A stretch of 63,999 nt of DNA, filler included, from Sphacelaria rigidula (taxonomy: Eukaryota), in the NCBI GenBank assembly GCA_964200075.2. It is 6 parts of 6 records of this genome, joined end to end, with 100 filler letters (N's around TTAATTAATTAA, not from the genome) between each part and the next. Parts side by side here need not be neighbours in the genome. Positions count along the whole stretch, not along the records: positions 10,686 to 21,270 come from CAXNAA020006241.1; positions 21,371 to 31,954 come from CAXNAA020006242.1; 4 more parts are not named here. One strand, 5' to 3'. Below, piece after piece: positions 12,600 through 24,359 of the stretch (positions are counted from its first letter, which is position 1; every line of letters begins with the position of its first letter). The position numbers were made by a program, and so were the translations under genes. The notes under the pieces are model-generated. The model did no database searches. It worked only from the letters and a program-made list of their open reading frames with translations, and was not told the DNA's origin.

Positions 12600-12900
12600 G
12601 TTTCGGCTGTCCCCGAACCCTGGCGGATGCTGCGTGCGGCGGCTGATTACCAAATGATCGGAAATAATGGTTGGTATTGTAAATAAGGCGGTGACGCCAA
12701 CCCTAACGCTTATCCTAACCTTAACCCCGACCAAGGCATGAGAGAACCCTTGGGCACGGAGAGTGCAGAGAGAGGGTGTCCTAAGCAAATTATGCGTTGG
12801 AAGACCTCAAATCGGCTCCAGCGGCGCCGATGTTGGACGAAAGCACGTTCTGGACGGGCTAGGAGCACTTCGTGCTGGCAGCTCCTCGAATTTGGACGGA
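12600..12900 (+). repeat. Dispersed repeat with degenerate (TAACCC)n tract
   Basis: ccctaacgcttatcctaaccttaaccccgacc…gcaaattatgcgttgg…ttctggacg is homologous to ~38670-38835 and to an inverted partial copy at ~38400-38475. Confidence 0.65.
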
Positions 12901-12907
12901 GTATTAG

Positions 12908-13268
12908 CGCCGGTCGCCCCGGTGGCTCAGTTGGTAACCTACTAACCTTCTGATGATGGTTGAGGTGTGGGGTTCGATTCCCGGAGCGATCTGAGATTTT
13001 TTCTTACACCATGCCCAACAGTGGAAAGCGACCATGTCGTGGGTACACAAAATTCGACTCAACAGTCGACTAGGGAAAGGGACTGCTGAACCCCTCTCGC
13101 GATCAAAAAATAAGAAGGCAAGCTCCGCAGAAGGAAGGTGGTGTACAAAAAATCATTTAAAAAATAAAAAGCTCCTCCTGTGTTGACCTTCCTCCTGTGT
13201 GACCCCGGCTGATGCGCCCATATATCCCGAAAGGGGTAGAGACTGGCGCCCAGAATAAATGGGACGAC

Positions 13269-13300
<32 letters not shown>
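12908..13300 (+). mobile_element. tRNA-derived SINE family A, full length with (CA)n tail
   Basis: A box tggctcagttgg, B box ggttcgattcc, conserved body, 3' ctcctgtgtgaccccggctgatgcgccc…ccagaat, (CA)n tail. Confidence 0.9.
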
Positions 13301-13301
<1 letters not shown>

Positions 13302-13344
13302 TATTAGCGTTCAAAATGAAACCAAGAACACTCTTTCACGGCTG

Positions 13345-14510
13345 TGCCGCGGTGGGATCTAATGACCGCGCTTATAACAGACAAATATAAAAACCTGGAA
13401 ACGTGACTTTTGGAGCTTTTACGTCGTTTTACACTTTAAAAGAGAGCCATGATAGGCGTAGGTTGACACCTCGGAATGGCTTGCTCTGCTAGTTGAGGCG
13501 CTTCCAGGACATCCAAGAACGATAAAAAACAGTCACATCTTGGTCAAATCTAGGAAAAATCGCCACTTTGCTCTGGACTTGATTGACCGCTGTTGGACAA
13601 AAGTTCTTGTTTGACCAAAATAAAAACTGCGGCCACCGGAAAACGGGAAGATATCCTGGAACCGCCCCCGCCCCAACTAGAGCAAGTCATTCCGAGGTGT
13701 TCAACTCCGCCTGGCTCTCTGTTTTAGGGCGTAAAACGACGTGAAAGGTCCAAAATGGCACTTTTATAGATTTCAATTCTTGTCTGTTCATACGGAGCGG
13801 TCCACCCGTCGCCATCAGAGTAAAGAAAACGGGAGTTCAGATCCCGACGCGTTGGGTTTTCCTAGTTTTCTTCGAAGTATCTGATTTCCACCGTTAAGTG
13901 CGTTTGTACGTGTGAGTAAACAAACAATAGTTGACTGAGTTCGAGAGTTGACGCGGTGCGGGAGTGCTGACCCAATCTTGCGGTGCGGCAGTGCTGACCC
14001 AATCCGTGAGGCCAAAATGCAAGGTGTATACTGTACCGAGGAGAGATGGGTTGATCTCCTTGACACCACGCGGACTGGTCCCAAGAAAGGGGAGGGGTTC
14101 AAAGTGAGCCAATGAATGAAATAAAAATAAAAATAACCATCATTTCCGACCATTTGGTACTGCAGTCTCTGTTGGTGCCCCAGCTGGGAGCTTCTGAGTC
14201 AAGGTCAATCATCCTAACTAAAGATCCACATTCGAGAATTGACGCGGTGCGGGGGTGCTGACGCAATCCGCGAGACCGAAATGCAAGGCATGTATCGGGG
14301 AGAGATGGGTTGATCTCGTGAGAGCACAGATTCGTCCCGAGAAAGGAGGGGGGTTCAAATTGCAACAAACAAACTCAACACTCCGAAAAGGTGAACACTG
14401 CAGGTGCTCCGGGGTGCCGAAAATATTCATGGTTTCGGACCAGATGATAATCTCTGTTGCTGCAGCAGGTGGAAGCTTCGGGCGAAGGTCAGTCATCCAT
14501 ACTAAAGATA
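13345..14510 (+). mobile_element. tRNA-derived SINE family B, head split by a MITE, body duplicated
   Basis: gccgcggtgg…taat [MITE] …cgtcgccatcag…gttcagatccc…gcgttggg…cggtgcgggagtgctga…tgcaagg aligns with minus-strand copies at 36500-36832 and 56200-56636. The body repeats at ~13945 and ~14235. Confidence 0.7.
13364..13802. mobile_element. Fold-back MITE
   Basis: Long IR: gaccgc…acagacaa…cgtcgttttac…acacctcggaatg / cattccgaggtgt…gtaaaacgacg…ttgtctgt…gcggtc. Inner arms resemble the MITE at 27421-27810. Confidence 0.8.
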
Positions 14511-15792
14511 CAAACATCTGTGTCCAGGCACAGATCGAGTATCAAATTGCGTCAACCATGAATAGAATGTCCCCGAAAGGAGACAAACTGGAACCCTTGG
14601 AACTTTGAACTATCTGTGAAAATTCTCGAAGATACGAATGTGAACGGTGGAGACTGATCCCAAGTGCATTCCAACCATGAGCTTGCGTCACCAGCTCATG
14701 GTTGACATCAAGTCCTCCCCAACTCTTGACACTAGCTACAATAGCCCTACAAGTTCCAACCCACGGCACACCGAAGACCCACACGGGAAACGGGGTTGCA
14801 GAGATCACGTGGGGTGACTTGTGCTCGTACCTAGAGAGAGGAAAGATCTCGCGAACATGGCTCCCTGCGGCGCCCATTTGAGCCATAACGTGCGTGGGGT
14901 GCTGGGTACCGTGATCGAGCCCTTGGGATCTGATCGAGATCCTTCTATGTATGAGGGTATAACTATCATAAAACCAAGTATGATTCAACCATGAATTTAC
15001 TTAGTCGGGTTCACGAGAACTCTATTATACTGTCCGTGGAGTTGGTAGGAGGACTGTCCCTGACAGCGGGAAAATGCGAAGCCATCCATTTTTTTGTTTC
15101 ATACATTTCTCGCCCTAGCATTCCAGTGCATCACTCATTATCTGTATTGAGATTTTCGTGTGTTCCTCAACCTAGTGCATCCATCATGTGTGTGCGTGTT
15201 GATATTTTTGTGTGCGGTTGCTCCTGCTACGGTTGACGTCCCAAACTCTGGTGCTCCTTGACCTCGTTGCCTTTTCACAACCAGAGTGGGTCATGGGTCT
15301 CCATGGCATTTTCGAGTTTAAATGATGCCGATTCATATATGACGTAGGTTCGATGCTAGACTCGGGCCAACATTTCACATGTACAGACAGTACAAATCAC
15401 AAGTTCCGAAACGAAACCCGTCTATCCGTGTCTGGTGTTCTTTTCCTTCATGCACACTGTTGTACTTTGCTGGCTGTCCTGCTGTAATGTTCGTATACTG
15501 ACTATAGTCCATCGCATAGGCAGTCTTCACCACGGTGCTCCAATTCACAAGAGGGGGTGAATGGCTTCCTGTACACGCGGGGAAGCAAACACCATCACTC
15601 CCAATAGTTGAGGCTCTCTTCAAGGCGTGCATTAGAGACTATCGTGGCAACGGTGGTGTGGCCCAGGTGTGAAGCCAGAGAGTGACCTAGTGCGGATAAT
15701 CGTTCCATTATTCGTTATTTGTCGATATTTCCCAGGGGTGGTCTGCCATCGATCACCGGGTACTCTAGTGTACCCAACGGTTTGGGAGTGTT

Positions 15793-16310
15793 ATGGCATC
15801 CATGACGGATAAGCCACGGGCACAGGTGGGAGGGGTTTCGTGGCGATTTAGGAGGAGGAGAGGCGGCTCGACGGCAATGGCGTCGTCAGCAGCGGTACGG
15901 TTGTGTGTGTGTTGTTTGTTGTTGTTACTGCCATCGGGCTGTTGGGTTACCCAAGCAATTTCAGTTTTACTCGAACAGAGCATCGGCTCGGACTCTTTAT
16001 GGACATCGTCCGCTGCTGCTGCTGTTCCTACTGGGACGTTGACTGTGAAGCATCTCCACGCCTCGCACGATGGTGCATGCGCGTTGGCATGCGCGGGGGC
16101 CGGGGAGGTAGGTGATGTACGATGTAGACGGAATATGCTGGAGCTGGAGATAGCCCTTGATTCAGAGGGCGTAGCAGCGAAGGACGCGAGGATATTCGGT
16201 GCGGAGTTGGAAATGTTGATCCCAAAACACCTTGCGTCCACTGCTAACGAGCCAGGGTGGCAGCTATCAACACCAGAAGGGAATCTTCAAGTGGAGTACA
16301 GCACGACACG
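15793..16310 (+). CDS. Probable first exon of an unknown secreted/membrane protein
   Basis: Open GC-rich ORF with signal-peptide-like MASSAAVRLCVCCLLLLLPSGC, ending at a GTGAG donor (16310). Candidate later exons at ~16510-16570 and ~17576-17662 (after tttctccctcag). No family recognised. Confidence 0.45.
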
Positions 16311-19014
16311 GTGAGGGATACCGAAGAGTACATAAGGAGGGGCGAGGATAAGGCAGGGTGCTACTACGTAAGGATAGCGAAATGGATGATACATTTATGT
16401 TTCGGCAGTCGCTCGAGGATGTGTGCGCAGTATGAAATGATATCCAAATGCTGTATACTAGTGTTGTACTGTACACTAGTTTTCCATCATGCCTTCCCAC
16501 TGTGTCGAGATCACGGTGTTTTACGGAGCTTCGGCGAGTCTACGGAAGTTTTCGGCAAGGACCGTTGAGATGACAGTATTTGTCTGCGCCCGAAATAAAT
16601 TTGCATGGCTTGTGTGGCAAACGCGAACGATGACCGTTTGCGCCTCGGCATGTGGCAGTACCATCACACCCTCATACTGCTGTTGAGCACGCTAACATCG
16701 CGTGTAGTATTGCCGTTCACTCATGCCTTTGGGGAGCTGGTGTATCATTGATCTGAAGGAAGAACAACTGGCTGAACTATGGTCCGCTTCAGATGTATAT
16801 ATATATATATATTATTCGGTAGGCTGTACACGTAGATGTGCTGCGTGCACAAGTTCGATCGACTCTCCACGACAAAAAAATATTGGATACTCAACAACAT
16901 ACTTTAGGGAATATGTACGGGAAAGCGACCACTCGGGGTGCCGCTCTGCTATTCGTAACTTGTGTAGATGCACTCGTGTTGTGCCTAGCTCGGCAGTGTA
17001 GCTAGCAGGTACACCTGTGTCTTGCAGCAGGGCGAAACTCGAAGTCGGTCCACGTCGACCCCATTTTCAATAGCTGGTCTTATACTTCTCTTCTTCTAGT
17101 GCATGCGGTCGTGCGAAGTACGTGCTGCGCTGTACTGTTGTCTGTATTCATGTAGACAGACGACAGTACACTAGTAGGTGCAACGGTATAGATAGCACAG
17201 GCTGACACGTGCCAAGTAGCTCCACGCGTCTGCCTGCTGTATTGGAGGATTCGCTTTACACCGAACCCACCTTGACGAAGCAAGCACTTCGGTGTTGGCG
17301 TTGGCAGGGATAATATCAACGTGGTACACGAACCGAGGAAAGAGCGAAGTGATACAAAAAAACAAAATCTTCACTCAATGCGTGTTTTCGAGTCAACGTT
17401 CATGTTTGCCTTAGGTTACAGAATAATATTGTGTTGGCCGTTGATCGATGGATGCTCTTTGGCGCCAGTACACCCTATTTCCTACATTGCTATATTTCGC
17501 TCGTCGTTCGACCGGGCTGTTTTTTCTTGTAACCGAACAATTGCACGTGCGCGGTCGTCGTGCTTTCTCCCTCAGATTCAGATGGGCCATGCGGGTCTTG
17601 CAGTCATTTTGCAACCCTCTGACTACCAGCTTGCCCGTACATTCACTCTCGAGTGCAAATGATTCTGACTCAAGAGATTGACCATGCCTGGCGGTCCACG
17701 GCGGGTCGAAAACAGAAAATAGCACATTCAACGTCTATGCCACCCTAGTGATCACATGGGACAGTGCATCCGGACATGAGACAAACCTAAGGCGACAGAC
17801 GCCGTCCCAACCTCGCGGAAAATTGTTATGGTTCAGCAGGACTTGAGTAAAGTTGCCTCGTCGGGACCCTTCGCGTTGTGTTGCGGGTTTTACATGATTT
17901 TGTTCATGGTTTTGACGGTCCATGGGCCCTTCAGAACTGAAATTTCGTCCTTCAAACACGAGAGGATCTACCTGGTTGGATATGTGAAATTTTCAGGATG
18001 AACGCAGTAGCGTGAAGGCCACGAAGGACCTTTGAGCGGTCCAAGAAGCGAGATCGTGTCGTGCCCAAAGAAGAGTAGCGATTATCCTGTCTACCCCAGT
18101 CAGTTTTCCTCAACTCGGCTTACAACCCCAGTGAACTTGGTTTTTGTTTTCGTTCGAACCGCCAAACAAGTAGTTTCGTCATTTTTCAAATCACGGTAGT
18201 CTTCACGTGTTGAAAAAATACTCGGTTTTGAGTGCGCATCATTGTATTCGGATTTTTATTGGGCTTACAGTAGTCCCAAGGGCTCGCCCACCGTGCTCAT
18301 AACGCGTTTCGCCTCAATCGGTGGCTGCGGCGCAGACAAACTCTGACAACGCACACTATGCCCAGGGCATTGTATGTTTGCCTTGTCCGCGGTATTGCTT
18401 GCGTTGGGATTTGGCTGAGTGGTAGCTGCAGTGTTTAATCCTGTCTATTATTTGAGTGAAAGCAGAACATGGCCAACCATGGGTTTAGTTGGGGAGAACC
18501 CCACTACCCCAGTTCACTGTTCGGCTCCAAATGGGGTGTAGGCCACGAGTAGCTCAAACACAAGATGGATGTGTCAAAGAATTTGATGGGAGGACACGGT
18601 TTACAGGGTACGGTACAACAAAAGATGGGAGGGTACCTTTCCTATAATAAGGTGGAATCTCGTAAAGCCAACCACAGTGTCAATCCAATGGTGGAAAGGC
18701 TGCCCGCTGTCAATCAGAGGAGAAATTTGGTAGGCTTTTCCGTCGATACAAACAGTGTGCAGCTTCGGAGTGATGCTCCGGTACAATAGGGGTGGGTGCA
18801 CTGGGGGATTTTGAATCAGGTTGCAAGAGACATTTCTTGTATGTGGACCAAACTCTCAACATTACTGCAACTGCCTTGAATCCGTGTCGCTAACCATATG
18901 GGGAGTACCGCCTGCAGTTCGCCACCCCCATTGTGATCAGACTAGATCTTTTCGTTTCTTCTTCTCTTGAGGTTGTGTCTGTGTCTCATCGAGAACGATT
19001 CGTATAACGGGTAA

Positions 19015-19470
19015 CCCCTTTTACCACGAGGGTAGGTGATGAGTTAAATCGGCGTCATTTACACTCCCAAAATATGGTGAAATGATGCCGATTCAAGAGC
19101 TTGCCTGCCCTCGCGGCTAGTGACATCGTAGGTCGTCTGTTGAATCGGCATCAATTTCACTTGAATCAAATGTTCACGATCCAGATGAACAAAATATGAT
19201 GAAATTATGCCGATTCAAGAGCTCGCCTGCCCTCGCGGTTAGTGACATCGTAGGTCGTCTGTCGAATCGGCATCAATTTCACTTGTAAAAAGTGTTCACG
19301 ATCCAGATGGACAACCCTCCTCGCGGTCTAAGGGTCAACCCTTTGACTGCCAGGGTTGGCGATCTGGGTCTCACTGTGACTACAGTACTCCAGTGAAAAT
19401 GACGCCGATCCCTCAGGTGGCCTAGCCTCGTGGACAAAGGGCTAACCCTTAGACTGCGACCCCCCTCAAA
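19015..19470. mobile_element. Tandem piggyBac-like MITEs (19015-19334, 19339-19441, 19446 onward)
   Basis: CCC(C)TT…AAGGG termini separated by TCAA and CTAA tetramers; internal aatcggcatcaatttcac repeats; relative at 38530-38960. Confidence 0.65.
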
Positions 19471-19636
19471 TGGACTCAGATGGACAATGCCACATGTGCG
19501 AGGTACTGTATTTCATCTGTACATGGTCCATAGTGATGTGGCATACTAACCGTTCTGACCAGTCACAATTCTCGAAATGATCAATCCGCTCCCCTCGGGC
19601 CTTGTTCGTGGCTTATAACTTTTTGTGCGAAACTTC

Positions 19637-19814
19637 CACACCTTGGACAATATATATATGGTCAATAGTTGCAATAAACAAGGAACGTACTGCATAGAGT
19701 ACAGACCTATTGCGACTATTGTCGGTCGGTAATAGTTGCAATAGGCCTATACTTTATCCAGTACACTTCTCGTCTATTGCATCTATTGACCATATATATA
19801 TTGTCCAAGGTGTG
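19637..19814. mobile_element. CACAC…GTGTG hairpin MITE with 8-bp TSD (hAT/P-like)
   Basis: TIR cacaccttggacaatatatat…/…atatatattgtccaaggtgtg flanked on both sides by gaaacttc. Relatives at ~57105-57249, 58902-59054 (TSD ataaaatg/ataaaacg), 59821-59958 and ~61683. Confidence 0.85.
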
Positions 19815-19825
19815 GAAACTTCCAA

Positions 19826-20245
19826 TGTTGAGCCAGTGAGCTTTTCGGCTGTTCCGCGAACAGGCTCCCACCCCTCTCTCAAAGCCACCCCCCGCCTCCT
19901 GGAAACCCCCGGATGTCCCTGGACCTTGAGTCGATGAAACTTCTCTGAGACACGCCGCTCGCGGTCGAAGGGGTTTCATCATAGCGGCCTGCGATTAGTC
20001 GGTGCGATACGAGTACCATCCCCCGTGAAAAGTCCTTCGATACCGATCTGATTTTCAGCTCGAAGGGGAACACGAATGTATTGTTGCTGTTGACAGGGGC
20101 ACATGCAACGCTGCGACATGGGACATAAAACATGCAACCCAACACAATCAGCCGTGAACGTGAGAAAAACTATTGCGCCCGCGAACCGAAAACACACAGC
20201 TCGAGCCGTAGCTGTTCATTAGGTGAGGACATTGGCGCATGACCT
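19826..20245 (+). mobile_element. Possible LTR followed by PBS
   Basis: tgttg… (19826) to …ggaca (20231), immediately followed by ttggcgc (TGG-type PBS). No internal ORF seen. Confidence 0.3.
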
Positions 20246-21370
20246 CAGTCGAATGAGGAAAATAATCTGCGTCAGGCAAGCCAGGTTATCGGCTGTGAAA
20301 TTCCCAGGTTATCGTTCAGCACTGAAAGGTTTTTTCGTCTGAGAAATACTGCCGACTCTAAATAAATGAAATGCTGCCGTAACGATTGAACTTATGCGCG
20401 TGAGTTTCGGGTGTTTCTGAGTATTGTTTCAGGCCAGGTGTGTAGGTGTTCGTGGTGCCCTGTCGCTCGCCTCCTCTTTGTTGCGCCAATACAGAGTTGT
20501 TGGACAAACGGTCACCGCAAAAACCGCCACATTTTTCACCTGTGTTCAGATCTTGGCTAGGACCTGTACAGTACAAGAACGTGTGTTCGACAAGACTCAA
20601 AATTAGTCATCGTGGGCACAAATCTGTTTTGGAAACCAATTCTGAAAACCGATCACTTGCACAACATTAACTTTCCTGGATAAGGGATTATATTTTTTTC
20701 AAGTATTTAGACGAAATCTCCGACTATTTTCTGAGAATGTTATCTCCGAAAATGTACGAAGAGCAGATGTTTCAACCAGGTCAGGCAATATATTAACTCA
20801 TGACTGACTACAGATTACTCCGAAAAATTAGCTGTGTCGTCACCCGTGTTGGCCCCCAGCCCCAATTCATATCGACTAGCCCGCCGAAGCAGAAATACGA
20901 GGAAAACATATGCTACAAATCGAAGCAGGCTGTACTCTTACACTGTTGTGTATCGCAGCACATCACCACTACTACTTACTTTTGGTTCGCTGACTTTTGG
21001 CAACTGCAAAGTCATCATGGACACCGCGGTGGAGACCTTGAGCACGCCAGTGCTCAATCTTTTGTCTAGGTAGTTCAGGTGCTTGACTGGAGGAGAACCC
21101 TAGGCTTGTTCGTGTCGACCTGAGGTAACACCAAACGGTCAATGCCACCCCAATCTGTTTTCCAAGAGTCACGCGAAACCGCTGCTAACCCCTGTGACGG
21201 TTCAAGTCAGCGTTGACTGGTCAGTAGTCTAGTTGGTAGTCTCTTAAACCGTCACAAAAGTTAGTCGCTGNNNNNNNNNNNNNNNNNNNNNNNNNNNNNN
21301 NNNNNNNNNNNNNNTTAATTAATTAANNNNNNNNNNNNNNNNNNNNNNNNNNNNNNNNNNNNNNNNNNNN

Positions 21371-21485
21371 GGTACCACGCCCCTGACCCTAACCCCAACA
21401 CTAACCCTAACCCTAACCCTAACCATAGGGGTGTTCAAATTCCGATGCGGTCCTCTAAGCACGCTGTCCTCTCACGCATTACACG
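21371..21485. mobile_element. Right half of a telomere-repeat-containing MITE
   Basis: (ctaacc)n then cgatgcggtcctctaagcacgc…; matches the complete copy at 28236-28435. Confidence 0.75.
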
Positions 21486-24359
21486 CACCCTCTACCTGAA
21501 GCGCTGTTCCCAAGCAAGGCGTTTGGTACGCTACGAGTACACCAGAGAGTGATCACTATATCTGGTACTGCAGCTGATCTAAAGAGGCGCTACCGGTAGT
21601 GGTCGATAACCCTGTATTTTTGCTCGAGTCAGCCGGTTTGTACCCTGAAGTTGTGCGTCGCGGCAATTTCTCATCGTGTCCATGTTGATGTGTCGTTTCA
21701 GATAAGTCCGCGCGGACAGAACGGGGTAGGGTGGGAGGCGAACTCTGGTTGATCGCAACACGACAGCATTGCTGTAGTAGTACTGACACTACACATACAC
21801 TACGCACGCTGTCGTTTCGGAAGGACGCAGCAGGCTATTGGCGGGTGGCCTAACAAAAAGATGAGGGTAGACTAGAGTATAGAGATGGATAGCAGAACGT
21901 ACAAAAATATACGGTTGATGTTAGAGATCAAATAACAGATCGTGTGGAGATAGATGACAGATGGCTGAATGCCTTCGTCATGAGAAGGGAGAATCTTCGA
22001 TACACGTTCTAGCTCAAGAATAGCTCAAATACTCATGTTCGAGCGGAATGGACATCTTGAGATGTGTACTGTAGAGGGGGCTGCGTATGAGGTTTCATTA
22101 ACACCGACGGCACGCCGTGGCATAGTAAAAAATGTCGATGTCTTCAGCGAGAGTAGAGAGCCAGACCACAGACACATGGAAGTTGGACATCCGCTTGGGG
22201 AAAGAGAGCACAAACACCATTTTCATGAGTGGGGACAGCTAGTTCGTGCCCATCAACTTGACATGGAGAGTGGCGGATTTTCTTTTTCTCCAACAACTGA
22301 AGACATCTCCACCTGTCGATAGCACCTGGAAGGCTCCAAATGTTCCCTTCTCCGTTGTGCTGACGATGACATTCGTCTCAGATACAAACTGCATGTCGAC
22401 GATAACCAAATGAGCTCTCCTGCCTGGAACGTTTGGACGCGTTCGCGAGGTGTTGCTTTGTGCGGGAAAGTACGTTTTTTTGTTTTCAGTTTCGGAGCTT
22501 CAGTTGCTGTTCATCGACAAGATTGGCTGCAGCTCGGCAATGTTGAAATAGCCTTCTGTACGGGGTGAGGTGCTATGCTGCTTACCGGATAGCATGTATC
22601 ATGATCCGATGGATAGCGTAGATTAACCGCATTGGTTCGTTCGGCGTTAACGTCAATATAGTATACATCTGTGCATAGTGTGCAGTCTACCATATTTCGC
22701 AACGAAACCCCCCAAATTTGATTGAATTTCTCCAAGAATGTAGAAACCCGGGAAAACACAATTCGTGAGAATGAGAGTACAATACTCCTTCATGTACTGT
22801 ACAACTAGTCCGCCAAGAAAATATGCTTCGAGTGTAAGCAGTACCGGCATACGCATGATCCATCTCGGGACAACACGGACAACACGGACTCGATCCCATT
22901 AATGAACTAATGCACCACTAGCCACGAGCCGAGCCCCTCTTTTCGAATGTAAATAGTACCACAAACGACAACGACATCCATACTGTCAGCACAACACACT
23001 AATTCTACACGGCAGATTCGCGATTGGTAGAGGTGCTACCCGCACGCCCGCCTTAAGAGGTACACTATACACAGTACCGGTAACCCGCTGTACAAACTAT
23101 ACGCAACCCGTCATCGACCCTTGGCGCTCCCTTGCCTCTTGGCAGCGTTCTCTCGTAGGAAAACACCGTTTAGCTCAGGAACCCACACCCACGCGTCAGC
23201 CCCGACCCGAGCGCCGATACCCGACGCCGCGCTAGAACTTTCCTTGTCCTCGGGTTCATGTTCCTCGGCGACCCAGTCATAATCCCGATCATGTTTCAAG
23301 TCCTTCCCTGCCCGAAACCGTGCTTCTACCAGGCCGTATATCTCGCTTTCGAAAGTCCTCCAGACAATTCTCTCCGGCTCATCGAAGCAGCAGATCGCCA
23401 GGTGCAAGATGGGATTAGCACTCATCACCTTGTACAGCAACACGCGGCCACTGCAGCGCAAGAGAGCACAACGAGAGGAACAGCGGCAGCATTGGCGTGG
23501 GGATAAGCTGCTAGGCGCGCTGTGATTCGCGGTTACGATATGGTAGGATTACGACTAGTCCGAGTCTGCCGCGTTCATCTTTACTTCTCGGTCCTGCAGA
23601 GGTGGCGATCGACAGTTCCTTCTCGAATAGTGCGGTCCACAGACAGCTGAGTCGCCACCTACGTTGACTTCCTTGCTGTTGGTGTGACCTTCTTGCCTCA
23701 AGCTGTGTCAGGGATCTATCGGAGGTTTTACCGGGACCCGTACGTGTTATTAGTCCTCCGTCTGTGTGAGTCTACTCATTTCTTCCCCTATACTCTCTTC
23801 ATTTCCCCCCCTTAACGAAATTCCCTCGAGCGATTTGTTGGGTGTATTTTCCTTGAGTACGTCTATCTTCAGTGACACCGGTTGGATTGGTAGCGAAGTA
23901 CTCAACGTGCGACAGGCAATCGATCAATTCTTTAATCGATGAATCAATCGAGCAACCACTTGGCCATTTGGAATGTACAATGACAGAAATGTGCCACTGC
24001 AAGTGAACATGAGCGGCGCTACTACTACTACTACTACAACAACTATTTATTGGTGTTACTTAGTAGTGGTACGTGAGCACACGTGAACAACGACGTGTGC
24101 AGAGGGATAGACGACACTTTCTCGCGGGTTAAGTGGCACTCATATATCTTCCCGTCAGACTGTTACTAACCGGATGCTATCCACGGCTATGTTGACAAGT
24201 TTTCATCGAAAAAGAGGTGCACGGTAGAGAATATCATCGAGAAACCGAGAGTTGGAGAAAACAGTGGGAGTGACGTTACGAGCACAATGAACTGCTGCGC
24301 TCGTACGTGAGCAGTAGGGTCTATCACCTTATCAACCTGCTACTCTGCATTCAATAGTG

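Noticed and set aside
21385..21425. Chromosome telomere
   Set aside because: It is short, degenerate and part of a MITE seen intact at 28236-28435.
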